Positions 30,879 to 40,509 of a stretch of 64,000 nucleotides of DNA are shown here, piece by piece (position 1 is the first letter of the stretch; each line of letters opens with the position of its first letter). Origin of the DNA: a bacterium. GTDB taxonomy: Bacteria; Margulisbacteria; Marinamargulisbacteria; GCA-2716485; JAYNIM01. The notes below the pieces were generated by a model that searched no databases, was not told the origin of the DNA, and saw only the letters and a program-made list of their open reading frames with translations. The stretch lies in the NCBI GenBank assembly GCA_038109055.1, contig JAYNIM010000007.1, positions 10,807-74,806 of the forward strand, in the 5' to 3' direction. Made by a program: the position numbers and the translations under genes.

Positions 30879-31933
30879 AACAAAGACCTAAAAAAAGAAG
30901 CCCTCTGACCCCAAGATAAAAAATCATTAAACAGAATAAAAACCATCAATAGCAACAAAATAGCCATAGCAACACCTGAAATTGTTTGATAAATCCGTTG
31001 AGGAATAGGCTTACCAGTCATCTGTTCAACCAATAAAAACATAAAATGCCCCCCATCCAATGCAGGAATAGGGAATAAATTAACCACCCCTAAAGAGATA
31101 CTAATAATCGCCATAAAATGTAAAAAAACTAACAATCCTTGATCAAACTGAAAGGCCGCCATTTGTACAATCCCGACAGGTCCAGCCAAATCTTTAATCG
31201 CTGCCTTGCCAGAAATTAACATATTCAAACTTTTGAACACCAAAGTCGTATAAAAAGTAACTTGTTTAACAGCATAAACAAGAGACGATTTCAACTGTAA
31301 CGAAGAACGTTTAGATGACAAAACAACACCAATTCTTGCCTCTTGTCCTGGCTCCATCAATCGAGGCACAATATCCACTGTTGAAACCAAAGAATCACGC
31401 ATGTACGTTACTTGACAAGACTTACCAGCTGAGTGAGAAATAGGCTGTATAAAATCACCCCTAACATCCTTAATCGGTACCCCATTAAATTCTACTAAAC
31501 GATCTCCCATCTGAAGGCCCGCTTGTTGAGCCGCACTTCCTTCCACAACCATCGAAACAACCGGCAAAAGCTTAGGCACTCCAAAACAAAAAGCAAATAG
31601 CAAAAAAAAGATGAATCCCGATAAAATATTCACACAAGACCCTGCTAAAATAATTGCCATTCGTGCTTTTGGTGATTTATTCAAATAACTTTCTTCTTTA
31701 GGATAAGAAACAGTCTCCGTATCATCCATACCCGCCAAACGAACATACCCACCAACAGGAAATAAGCGCAAAAAATAATGCGTATTCCCTAGCTTTTTAC
31801 CAAAACATTTAGGTCCAAACCCAATACTAAATTCAAAAACACGAACACCTACATAACGAGCAACCAAATAATGCCCTAATTCATGAACAAAAATAACAAA
31901 CCCTAAGGCTAAAAAGGTAACCAGAAATGCCAT
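30875..31933 (-). CDS. rseP: RIP metalloprotease RseP
   Basis: HELGH, FSIGFG, GGYV, PDZ domain, NLFPIPALDGG. Confidence 0.95.
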   Translation of the reverse strand: MAFLVTFLALGFVIFVHELGHYLVARYVGVRVFEFSIGFGPKCFGKKLGNTHYFLRLFPVGGYVRLAGMDDTETVSYPKEESYLNKSPKARMAIILAGSCVNILSGFIFFLLFAFCFGVPKLLPVVSMVVEGSAAQQAGLQMGDRLVEFNGVPIKDVRGDFIQPISHSAGKSCQVTYMRDSLVSTVDIVPRLMEPGQEARIGVVLSSKRSSLQLKSSLVYAVKQVTFYTTLVFKSLNMLISGKAAIKDLAGPVGIVQMAAFQFDQGLLVFLHFMAIISISLGVVNLFPIPALDGGHFMFLLVEQMTGKPIPQRIYQTISGVAMAILLLLMVFILFNDFLSWGQRASFFRSLL

Positions 31934-31942
31934 TAATCACTA

Positions 31943-31971
31943 ATTTTAAGAAAAATAAAACGGCATGTCAA
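31943..31971 (-). promoter_or_regulatory. Sigma70 promoter of rseP-ftsEX
   Basis: TTGACA-N17-TAAAAT, 9 nt before the rseP ATG, no SD. Confidence 0.7.
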
Positions 31972-31996
31972 AACAAAAAAACAGTTAAAAAAAACC

Positions 31997-32025
31997 TAGC
32001 CATATGTCCCCAATGACTATATAGT
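31997..32025 (+). promoter_or_regulatory. Putative sigma70 promoter of pyrH operon
   Basis: TAGCCA-N17-TATAGT, 9 nt before the pyrH ATG. Confidence 0.45.
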
Positions 32026-32034
32026 AATAACTAG

Positions 32035-32748
32035 ATGAAAAATAAACCATTCCAACGAGTCTTACTAAAACTTAGCGGCGAAATGTTCAAAGGTGAACGA
32101 AATTATGGGATTGATCCAAAATTCTTAGATTTTCTTGCTCAAGAAATACATGATCTCAAAGAATTAAATATCGAAATTGGCATTGTTATTGGCGGAGGCA
32201 ACATTTTCAGAGGCCTCGCTGCATCAATGAATGGTATGGACCGGGTAACAGCTGATTATACAGGCATGTTAGCCACGATTATGAATGCTCTAGCATTAAA
32301 CGATGCCTTAAAAAAGATTGGCCTTGAATCACGTGTTCAAAGCGCCCTAGAATTAAAAGAAGTCACCGAACCATTTATACTAGAAAAAACACTTCACCAT
32401 TTCGAAAAGAAGCGAATCGTTATTTTTGCAGGAGGAACCGGAAACCCCTATTTCACAACAGACACAACTGCCGCATTACGCGCGGTAGAAATCAAGTCTG
32501 AAGTTATACTAAAAGCAACTAAAGTAAACGGGATATACAACGAAGATCCAGAAAAATCCAAAAATGCAAAACAATACAAAACACTCACCTATCTAGATGT
32601 TATCAATCAAAAACTAAAAATCATGGACACCACCGCATTATCTCTTAGCATGGACAATCATATCCCCATCATCGTATTTAATCTCAATGAAAAGGGGAAT
32701 ATTAAAAGAGCAATTAACAAAGAAACAATTGGTACACTCATTCAATAA
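32035..32748 (+). CDS. pyrH: Uridylate kinase
   Basis: LLKLSGE, GGGNIFRG, GTGNPYFTTDT, MDTTA. Confidence 0.97.
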   Translation: MKNKPFQRVLLKLSGEMFKGERNYGIDPKFLDFLAQEIHDLKELNIEIGIVIGGGNIFRGLAASMNGMDRVTADYTGMLATIMNALALNDALKKIGLESRVQSALELKEVTEPFILEKTLHHFEKKRIVIFAGGTGNPYFTTDTTAALRAVEIKSEVILKATKVNGIYNEDPEKSKNAKQYKTLTYLDVINQKLKIMDTTALSLSMDNHIPIIVFNLNEKGNIKRAINKETIGTLIQ

Positions 32749-32758
32749 GAATAAATAA

Positions 32759-33301
32759 ATGAAAGACGTCACTGAAAAGATGGAAAAATCAATAGAAAAA
32801 ATCAAAGAGCGCCTCAATGGCGTTCGGGGAAACAGAGCCAATACGGACATGCTTAATCAAATCAAAGTGGACTGCTACGGAAGTATGATACCTCTCATGC
32901 AATTAGCAAGCATTACCATTCCAGAACCACGAATATTTCTGATAAATGTATTTGATAGAAATAACATCCAAGCAATAGAAAAAGCAATTTCAAGTAGTAA
33001 TCTAGGCTTCAATCCTCAAAGTGAAGGAAGTATCATTCGTCTTACTTTACCCGAACTAACAGAAGAGCGCCGTAAAGATCTTGTCAAAGTAGTCTCAAAA
33101 TATTGTGAAGAAGGCAAAATAACCATTAGAAATATTCGTAGAGACGCTCTTGATAAACTAAAAAATGAAAAACAAAACAAAGAAATTTCAGAAGACGATG
33201 CAAATAAAAAACAAACCTTAATACAAAAGGAAACCGATAACTTTATTCAGCAAATTGATACGATAAAAACAAAAAAAGAAAACGACCTTTTACAACGTTA
33301 A
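32759..33301 (+). CDS. frr: Ribosome recycling factor
   Basis: RGNRAN, PELTEERRKDLVK, IRNIRRD. Confidence 0.96.
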   Translation: MKDVTEKMEKSIEKIKERLNGVRGNRANTDMLNQIKVDCYGSMIPLMQLASITIPEPRIFLINVFDRNNIQAIEKAISSSNLGFNPQSEGSIIRLTLPELTEERRKDLVKVVSKYCEEGKITIRNIRRDALDKLKNEKQNKEISEDDANKKQTLIQKETDNFIQQIDTIKTKKENDLLQR

Positions 33302-33310
33302 AAATTTCAC

Positions 33311-34021
33311 ATGTCTGAGAAAGAAAATACCACTTTAAAAATACCTCAGCACATGGCTATTATCATGGATGGCAATGGTCGCTGGGCAAAACAAAAAAAT
33401 AAGCTGAGGTCTCACGGACATCAAGAAGGAAGTAAAGCCTTAGAAAGATGTATCGAATATTGTATAGAATTCAATATAAAATATCTTTCTGCTTATACCT
33501 TTTCAACAGAAAATTGGAATCGTCCAAAAAAAGAAATCGATTTTCTAATGACACTATTATATAACTCAATAAACAAACAAATCCCCAAATTGAAAGAAAA
33601 AAAAATAAACCTAAATTTTTTTGGATCACTAGAAAAATTATCCCCAAAAATACAAACCCTAATTAAAACAACACAACAATATCATCAACAAAATCCCAAA
33701 TTAACCTTAAACATACTCTTAAGCTATGGCTCTAAAGCAGAAATCCTTAATGCATGTAAATCACTCCTAAATAAAAAAATAAACCCTCAAGATCTAACAG
33801 AAGAGATGTTCACTAATCATCTATGGACAAAAAACATCCCTGAACCTGACATTTTAGTCCGAACAGGCGGTGAATACCGAATAAGTAACTTTATGTTATG
33901 GCAATGTGCCTATACTGAACTCATATTCATAAAAGAAAACTGGCCTGATTTTTCTAAACAAACGTTCACAAACATTTTAAATATCTACAACAAACGCCAA
34001 CGTCGTTTCGGCAGACTATGA
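33311..34021 (+). CDS. uppS: Undecaprenyl diphosphate synthase
   Basis: HMAIIMDGNGRWA, FSTENWNRP, RTGGEYRISNF, RRFG. Confidence 0.96.
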   Translation: MSEKENTTLKIPQHMAIIMDGNGRWAKQKNKLRSHGHQEGSKALERCIEYCIEFNIKYLSAYTFSTENWNRPKKEIDFLMTLLYNSINKQIPKLKEKKINLNFFGSLEKLSPKIQTLIKTTQQYHQQNPKLTLNILLSYGSKAEILNACKSLLNKKINPQDLTEEMFTNHLWTKNIPEPDILVRTGGEYRISNFMLWQCAYTELIFIKENWPDFSKQTFTNILNIYNKRQRRFGRL

Positions 34022-34788
34022 TCAAAAAAAGGATCCTTTCAAGTCTCTTCCTAATCACAATCATTACCCCACTACTATTCGTAAATAATCTTATATTTAT
34101 CCTCGTAACATTATCAATCCACTTACTCATTGTCCACGAATTATCTACTGCAAGAAAAACCCCTCTTTTACACAAAATTCTAAGCTACAGTCTATTCTTA
34201 GGATGTTTTTTCAGCTTATTTACACTCCAACATCATCATTCAGCCACAACCCAATTCATACACATACTCATTTTAGCCACCATGACCCTATTCCTCTTCG
34301 AGTTATTTAATAAAAAAATAAGTTTCTTAAATACTCGTTATTTTTTAGCAAAACAAAGTATCTTATTAAGTATAATCAGCCTAAGCATGCTTCTTCTTTT
34401 TACAAAAAACAAGGTCCTATTCCTTTATTGTATTGCACTAACGGCAATAACAGATAGCAGTGCATATTTTTTTGGTAAAAAATTTGGTAAAACACAACTA
34501 TCCCCAATTAGCCCTAAAAAAACAATTGAAGGATTTATATTAAGCTACCTAACAATCATCGGGATTATCTTACTAAGTACCCTTTGCAACCTAGTAACTC
34601 ACAAAGAAAGCGTCATCTTATGTTCAGTCCCTTTATTTGCCTTATTTGGAGACTTACATGAATCTCTAATCAAACGAAAACTAAAAATCAAAGACTCCTC
34701 TAACCTAATTCCTGGCCACGGTGGATTTTATGATCGTTTTGATAGCTATTTAATATGTTTACCCGTCGTTTTATTACTTCTACAATGA
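34018..34788 (+). CDS. cdsA: Phosphatidate cytidylyltransferase
   Basis: DSSAYFFG, ISPKKTIEG, GDLHESLIKR, KDSSNLIPGHGGFYDRFDS. Confidence 0.94.
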   Translation: MIKKRILSSLFLITIITPLLFVNNLIFILVTLSIHLLIVHELSTARKTPLLHKILSYSLFLGCFFSLFTLQHHHSATTQFIHILILATMTLFLFELFNKKISFLNTRYFLAKQSILLSIISLSMLLLFTKNKVLFLYCIALTAITDSSAYFFGKKFGKTQLSPISPKKTIEGFILSYLTIIGIILLSTLCNLVTHKESVILCSVPLFALFGDLHESLIKRKLKIKDSSNLIPGHGGFYDRFDSYLICLPVVLLLLQ

Positions 34789-35939
34789 AAAAAAAAATTT
34801 CTATTCTTGGCGCTACCGGATCAATCGGCACTCAAACACTCGATGTCATAAAAAACAATCTTAAATACTTTGAAATTGTAGGGCTTTCTGCACACAAAAA
34901 TGTCAAAAAACTACAAGAACAAATCCTAGAATTCAACCCAAAACTTGTAGCAGTAAGCACTAAAGAAACACAAAAAATTATCCATCATTTTATAAAAAAA
35001 AACCACTTAACCACCCGTGTAATGCATGGAAAAGCCGCATTAAATACCATTGCCAACGAAAAACAAGACATGCTCGTCATCGCCATTATTGGAACCATTG
35101 CGCTTGAACCATGTATCAACGCAATAAAAAACCAAACCCCCATCGGATTAGCTAATAAAGAAATCTTAGTTGCCGCAGGAGACATCATTACCTCTTTAGT
35201 TAAAAAATATAAAGGCAAACTTATCCCTATTGATTCTGAACATGCCGCAATTCAACAATGTATTGAAAAGAAAAATAAAAAAACCATTAAAAAAATAATT
35301 TTAACAGCTTCAGGAGGCCCATTTTGGAACACACCTCATAGCCACTTCAAAAAAATTACCCTAAAAGACGCTCTCAAACATCCAACATGGTCCATGGGAA
35401 ACAAAATAAGTATTGATTCCGCAACAATGATGAACAAAGGCCTTGAAATTATAGAGGCTCATCACTTATTCCAACTCCCTTATACAAAAATTGACGCAAT
35501 TATACACCCTCAAAGTATTATTCATTGTTTAGTCGAATTCATCGATGGAAATACCCTAGCTCATTTAAGCCCAACAAATATGAAATTCCCTATCCAAAAT
35601 GCCTTAACCTATCCTAATAAAGTAAAAAATTCATGGCCAAAATTAAATTTCAATAAACTAAACAATTTAAATTTTTACCCCCCAAACCCAAAAAAATTCC
35701 CTCTGTTAACACTTGCCTATGATGTTGGCAAAAAAGGAGGGTCGTATCCACCAGCCATGAATGCAGCCAATGACATTGCAAATGCCTTATTTTGTCAAAA
35801 CAAACTCTCTTTTATACAACTACAAAACATCATAGAAGAAGCCATTCAAACACATACATATACAGTCCCAAAAACAATTAATGACATCATAGAAATAGAA
35901 AAAAAAACTCAAGAAAAAATTAAAAAAAAATATGCTTAA
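34785..35939 (+). CDS. dxr: DXP reductoisomerase
   Basis: LGATGSIG, LANKE, DSEH, TASGGPF, HPTWSMG, NKGLE. Confidence 0.96.
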   Translation: MKKKISILGATGSIGTQTLDVIKNNLKYFEIVGLSAHKNVKKLQEQILEFNPKLVAVSTKETQKIIHHFIKKNHLTTRVMHGKAALNTIANEKQDMLVIAIIGTIALEPCINAIKNQTPIGLANKEILVAAGDIITSLVKKYKGKLIPIDSEHAAIQQCIEKKNKKTIKKIILTASGGPFWNTPHSHFKKITLKDALKHPTWSMGNKISIDSATMMNKGLEIIEAHHLFQLPYTKIDAIIHPQSIIHCLVEFIDGNTLAHLSPTNMKFPIQNALTYPNKVKNSWPKLNFNKLNNLNFYPPNPKKFPLLTLAYDVGKKGGSYPPAMNAANDIANALFCQNKLSFIQLQNIIEEAIQTHTYTVPKTINDIIEIEKKTQEKIKKKYA

Positions 35940-37014
35940 AACAAATACATATCTTTTATTTTTAAACCAATTTTTATTCGATAATCCAGCATTATTACAG
36001 AAAATTGCCAAACGCTACCCTAGCTTAGAATCTTTTCAAAGAAACGAGACAAGTATCATCCCTCACTTATCCCCTAGCAAACAAACACATTACATGTATA
36101 CAAAAAAAACATTTAACGCAGAGAAATACTTAGAAAAATTACATGCTTTAGGCATCACTTGTCTAGATATTCAAAATCCCTTATACCCTCAGCAATTAAA
36201 AGAAATTCATACCCCTCCCCTCCTCTTATACTGTAAAGGGAATCTAGAACAGCTTCAACAAGATCTCATCGCAATCGTGGGCACCCGAAATCCAAGTCAC
36301 TACGGAACTGACTGTTGCACTCACTTCACAAAAACACTTTGCCATTATTTTGGTATCATATCTGGATTGGCTGCAGGTATTGATAGTCACGCCTTAAGAA
36401 CTTGTTTAAGCGAAAAAAAAGGGTGCATCGCTGTCATTGGAACCGGCTTAGACATCATTTATCCTAAAATAAATGTCTCACTATCCAAAGAAATAAGTGA
36501 AAAAGGACTCATTCTCTCAGAATTCCCATTAGGAACAAAAGGCTTAGCACATCACTTTCCTCAACGAAATCGCATTATTAGCGGGTTATGTAAAGGCATT
36601 TTAGTTTGTGAAGGAAAACAAAAAAGCGGATCATTAATTACAGCAAATTATGCGATCGAACAAAATAAGGATGTTTTTACAATTCCTGGAAATATTTTCT
36701 CAGATTTAAGTGAAGGCCCAAACGGACTCATCAAAGAAGGTGCAAAATTATGTCAATCCCCTCAAGATATTTTAGACGAATACAATATTCTTTTAAAAGA
36801 ACAACCCAATATAATTTCAAAAAATAAACGTACAAGCAATTTAAATGAAAAAGAAATACAGCTTCTTACACTCCTTGATGAACCTGAAAATAGCATCGAT
36901 AGCCTATTAGAAAAAACTGGCTATCCATTAACTACCTTACTACAAACACTAAGTTTCCTTGAAATTCAAGGATTCATCAAAACAACTAATAACCAACACT
37001 ATAAAAGGATATAA
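35932..37014 (+). CDS. dprA: DNA-processing protein DprA
   Basis: AIVGTR, ISGLAAGID, FPQRNRIISGL, SGSLITA, C-terminal winged helix. Confidence 0.95.
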   Translation: MLKTNTYLLFLNQFLFDNPALLQKIAKRYPSLESFQRNETSIIPHLSPSKQTHYMYTKKTFNAEKYLEKLHALGITCLDIQNPLYPQQLKEIHTPPLLLYCKGNLEQLQQDLIAIVGTRNPSHYGTDCCTHFTKTLCHYFGIISGLAAGIDSHALRTCLSEKKGCIAVIGTGLDIIYPKINVSLSKEISEKGLILSEFPLGTKGLAHHFPQRNRIISGLCKGILVCEGKQKSGSLITANYAIEQNKDVFTIPGNIFSDLSEGPNGLIKEGAKLCQSPQDILDEYNILLKEQPNIISKNKRTSNLNEKEIQLLTLLDEPENSIDSLLEKTGYPLTTLLQTLSFLEIQGFIKTTNNQHYKRI

Positions 37015-37098
37015 AAAGGAATAACTATCGAAACAAAACCTTCTAACAAATACCTTAACTATGCTAAGATAACACGATGAAAAAAAGCAGTTTAATTT

Positions 37099-38730
37099 AT
37101 GAAAAAACATAAAAACCACTACATATTCATCACTGGTGGTGTTATTTCATCCCTAGGAAAAGGAATTATAGCCGCATCATTAGGATCTCTACTAAAAAAA
37201 CAAGAGTATAGCGTAACCATACAAAAATTTGACCCTTACTTAAATATAGATCCAGGCACCATGAATCCTTACCAACATGGTGAAGTATTTGTAACAGAAG
37301 ATGGAACCGAAACAGATCTAGATTTAGGACATTATGAACGATTTATAGACCAAAATTTATCAAAAAAAAATAATGTAACCTCTGGAATGATATTTTGGGA
37401 TGTCCTAAACAACGAACGAAACGGAAAATATTTAGGAAAAACAGTCCAAATCATTCCACACATCACTAACGAAATAAAAAATAAAATATCCCAAACATTA
37501 AGTGAAGACAACTTTAATTTTATCATTACAGAAATTGGCGGAACCGTTGGTGATATAGAAAGCCTCCCTTTTTTAGAAGCCATTAGACAGTTTCAATATC
37601 AAAATAAAACCACATGCATACATATTCATTTAACCTTACTTCCATTTATAAAAACATCAAACGAATTTAAGACAAAACCCACACAACACAGCGTAAAAGA
37701 ACTAAGAGAAATTGGCATACAACCAGATATCATTATTTGCCGTTGTGAGAAGCCCTTCACTCAAGAAATAAAATCAAAAATTGCACTTTTTTGTGATGTT
37801 AAAGAAAAAAACATCATTGCTGCAATAGACGCAAAGTCAATATACAGTCTTCCATTATATATGCATAAAGAAGGCTTAGACACAGCCATTTTAGACACCT
37901 TAAATCTCCCCAAAAAAAAGATCTCTTTACAAGACTGGGAATACTTTAATTCCCAACTTGAAAACAAAAATAATACAACTATCACAATCGGTATCGTGGG
38001 AAAATACACAAATTACTCAGATTCATATATAAGTATCGTAGAATCACTAAAACACAGTAGTGTTCATAACAACTGTAACTTAAAGATTTTGTGGATTGAC
38101 TCAGAAAAAATAACAGAAAAAAACATAACGAAACTATTAGCTCCATGCAACGGTATTTTAATACCTGGAGGATTTGGAGAAAGAGGTATAGAAGGGAAAG
38201 TTTTAACCGCAAAATACGCAAGAGAACAAAAAATTCCCTTTTTTGGAATTTGTCTAGGGTTACAAATAGCTATCATCGAGTTTGCAAGAAATATCCTCCA
38301 TATAAAAAATGCTAACAGTAAGGAATTTAACAAAACAGAAAAAGACAATGTCATAACCTTTTTACCTGAACAAAAAAACCTTTTAAAAAAAGGCGCCAGC
38401 ATGCGGCTAGGAGCATATACGTGCCAGATTAAAAAAGACAGCTTACTCTTTAAGGCCTATCAAAGTACCATCATTTCTGAACGCCATCGTCATCGTTATG
38501 AATTTAACAACCACTATAAAACTCAATTCGAAGATAATGGATTAATAATCTCAGGAAAAAATCCCAACAGCCAATTAGTAGAAGTCATAGAATTAAAAAA
38601 TCATCCTTGGTTTCTTGCCTGCCAATTTCATCCAGAATTTAAATCTAGACCCCAAAAAGGAAGCCCTTTATTCAATCAATTCACCCAAGCAGCAAAAACC
38701 AATAGAAATGAACAAAAAAATAGAAAATAA
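37099..38730 (+). CDS. pyrG: CTP synthase
   Basis: TGGVISSLGKG, DPGTMNP, GICLGLQ, ERHRHRYE, QFHPEFKS. Confidence 0.98.
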   Translation: MKKHKNHYIFITGGVISSLGKGIIAASLGSLLKKQEYSVTIQKFDPYLNIDPGTMNPYQHGEVFVTEDGTETDLDLGHYERFIDQNLSKKNNVTSGMIFWDVLNNERNGKYLGKTVQIIPHITNEIKNKISQTLSEDNFNFIITEIGGTVGDIESLPFLEAIRQFQYQNKTTCIHIHLTLLPFIKTSNEFKTKPTQHSVKELREIGIQPDIIICRCEKPFTQEIKSKIALFCDVKEKNIIAAIDAKSIYSLPLYMHKEGLDTAILDTLNLPKKKISLQDWEYFNSQLENKNNTTITIGIVGKYTNYSDSYISIVESLKHSSVHNNCNLKILWIDSEKITEKNITKLLAPCNGILIPGGFGERGIEGKVLTAKYAREQKIPFFGICLGLQIAIIEFARNILHIKNANSKEFNKTEKDNVITFLPEQKNLLKKGASMRLGAYTCQIKKDSLLFKAYQSTIISERHRHRYEFNNHYKTQFEDNGLIISGKNPNSQLVEVIELKNHPWFLACQFHPEFKSRPQKGSPLFNQFTQAAKTNRNEQKNRK

Positions 38731-40258
38731 AATTGATTTAAATTTAGAAGAAAGCAAAGAATTTGACATCCTTCATGAAATCGCTGAGACACTCGCTTCT
38801 TCATTCAATCTAAGTAAAACACTCACAAAAATATTTACAATCTTAAATCAAAAATTAAATATAGAAAAAACACTTTTAATTTTGAACAAAGAAACTGACA
38901 CCTATGTAATCAGTGAAAGTTATGGTTTTGATAATTTAGATACAGAACTAAACAAATACATATGTTTTAAAACCACACAAAAAGCTCTTTCTAATAACAA
39001 AACAATCATAGAAGAAATAAACACCTTAGAACTAAATTTAAGTAACAACAAAAAAAAAACAACCTATTTTGCTTATCCCATAATTATGGGTGACGAAAAA
39101 ATAGGTGTCTTGCATACACAATTAAGATATAAAAATACAAATAATTCACATCAAACAAACAAAATTCTCTCTATCATATCTCTGATGTTAGGACAAGAAA
39201 TCAAATTAAATACCTTAAAGGAAATTGAAACCAAAAAATTAAAAGAAGAAACTTATCAACTAAAAAATGAGCTAAAAAAAAAATATGGCATTAAAAATAT
39301 GGCGGGTACCAGCCCTAAAATGCAAGAAATTTATAACTTAATTTCACAAGTCTCCCATACAACAACAACAATATTAATAAGAGGTGAAAGCGGTACAGGA
39401 AAAGAACTCATCGCCCATGCAATTCATCACAACAACCACAATCGTCATGGACCTTTCATCAGCATCAACTGTGGCGCAATTCCAGAAAATCTTATGGAAT
39501 CCGAATTATTTGGACACGAAAAAGGGGCCTTTACAGACGCCTATGAACAAAAAAAAGGTAAATTTGAAGCAGCAGAAAATGGAACCTTATTTTTAGATGA
39601 ACTTGGCGAACTTTCATTAAATCTTCAAGTAAAATTACTACGTGTCCTTCAAGAAAAAGAATTTTCACCAATTGGAAGTCATAAAACTATCAAAACTAAT
39701 GTACGAATTATTGCAGCAACCAATGAAAACTTAGAACAATTAATCGAAGAAAAAAAATTCAGAAAAGATCTCTACTATCGACTAAATGTTTTTCCTATAT
39801 ATTTACCACCCCTAAGAGAAAGAAAAGAAGACATATTACTTTTAATTAACCATTTTATAAATAAATTCAAAAAAGAAACAAACAAAGATATCTTTGGAAT
39901 TTCTACAGAATGCTACAATATCCTTTACAATTACAACTGGCCCGGAAATATACGTGAACTAGAAAATATCATTGAGCGAGCAACAATACTATGTGATAAA
40001 AACAAAATACAAACCTGTCATCTACCCACCAATATACTCGGATCAACAACATATCTTACCAGCACAAACAATCCCACTACACAAAAAGACCTAAAAGAGA
40101 GTATAAAAGATTTCGAAAAAAGTTTAATTATCAATGCATTAATAAAATCAAAGGGAAATAAAACAAATTCCGCAAAACTTTTAAACACAACTGTACGAAT
40201 TTTAAATTACAAAATAAAAGATTTAATGATCAATTGGAAAACATATAAAACAAAATGA
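38708..40258 (+). CDS. Sigma54-dependent enhancer-binding protein (GAF-AAA+-HTH)
   Basis: GESGTGKE, ESELFGHEKGAFTDA, LFLDE, WPGNIREL, Fis-type HTH; GAF-like N-terminus. Confidence 0.92.
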   Translation: MNKKIENKIDLNLEESKEFDILHEIAETLASSFNLSKTLTKIFTILNQKLNIEKTLLILNKETDTYVISESYGFDNLDTELNKYICFKTTQKALSNNKTIIEEINTLELNLSNNKKKTTYFAYPIIMGDEKIGVLHTQLRYKNTNNSHQTNKILSIISLMLGQEIKLNTLKEIETKKLKEETYQLKNELKKKYGIKNMAGTSPKMQEIYNLISQVSHTTTTILIRGESGTGKELIAHAIHHNNHNRHGPFISINCGAIPENLMESELFGHEKGAFTDAYEQKKGKFEAAENGTLFLDELGELSLNLQVKLLRVLQEKEFSPIGSHKTIKTNVRIIAATNENLEQLIEEKKFRKDLYYRLNVFPIYLPPLRERKEDILLLINHFINKFKKETNKDIFGISTECYNILYNYNWPGNIRELENIIERATILCDKNKIQTCHLPTNILGSTTYLTSTNNPTTQKDLKESIKDFEKSLIINALIKSKGNKTNSAKLLNTTVRILNYKIKDLMINWKTYKTK

Positions 40259-40259
40259 A

Positions 40260-40288
40260 TTGACAAAAACAAGCAAAGTATTTAAGAT
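40260..40288 (+). promoter_or_regulatory. Sigma70 promoter of rpmF-plsX-fab operon
   Basis: TTGACA-N17-TAAGAT, followed by GGAG SD before rpmF. Confidence 0.75.
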
Positions 40289-40307
40289 CTTATGAACTGG
40301 AGAAATT

Positions 40308-40508
40308 ATGGCAGTACCAAAAAAACGACATTCAAAATCTAGAAAACGCATTAAAAAAGCAAATTGGAAAATTAGCACTCCAACATTAAGGGCATGCCCT
40401 AATTGTGGAGAACTAGGGATTCCCTACCAAATATGTAAAAGCTGTGGTTTCTACAAAAACAAACAAGTTTTAATAATAAAATCAAAAAAAGAAAAAAAGG
40501 GAACCTAA
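40308..40508 (+). CDS. rpmF: 50S ribosomal protein L32
   Basis: MAVPKKRHSKSRKR, CPNCG, CKSCGFY. Confidence 0.96.
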   Translation: MAVPKKRHSKSRKRIKKANWKISTPTLRACPNCGELGIPYQICKSCGFYKNKQVLIIKSKKEKKGT

Positions 40509-40509
40509 A

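Noticed and set aside
39515-39545. GAFTDA instead of GAFTGA as an inactive activator
   Set aside because: GAFTDA is a common variant that retains the key F and T residues.
38708-40258. NifA and nitrogen fixation
   Set aside because: The GAF-AAA-HTH architecture is generic and there are no nif genes; sufS/sufU belong to the SUF system.
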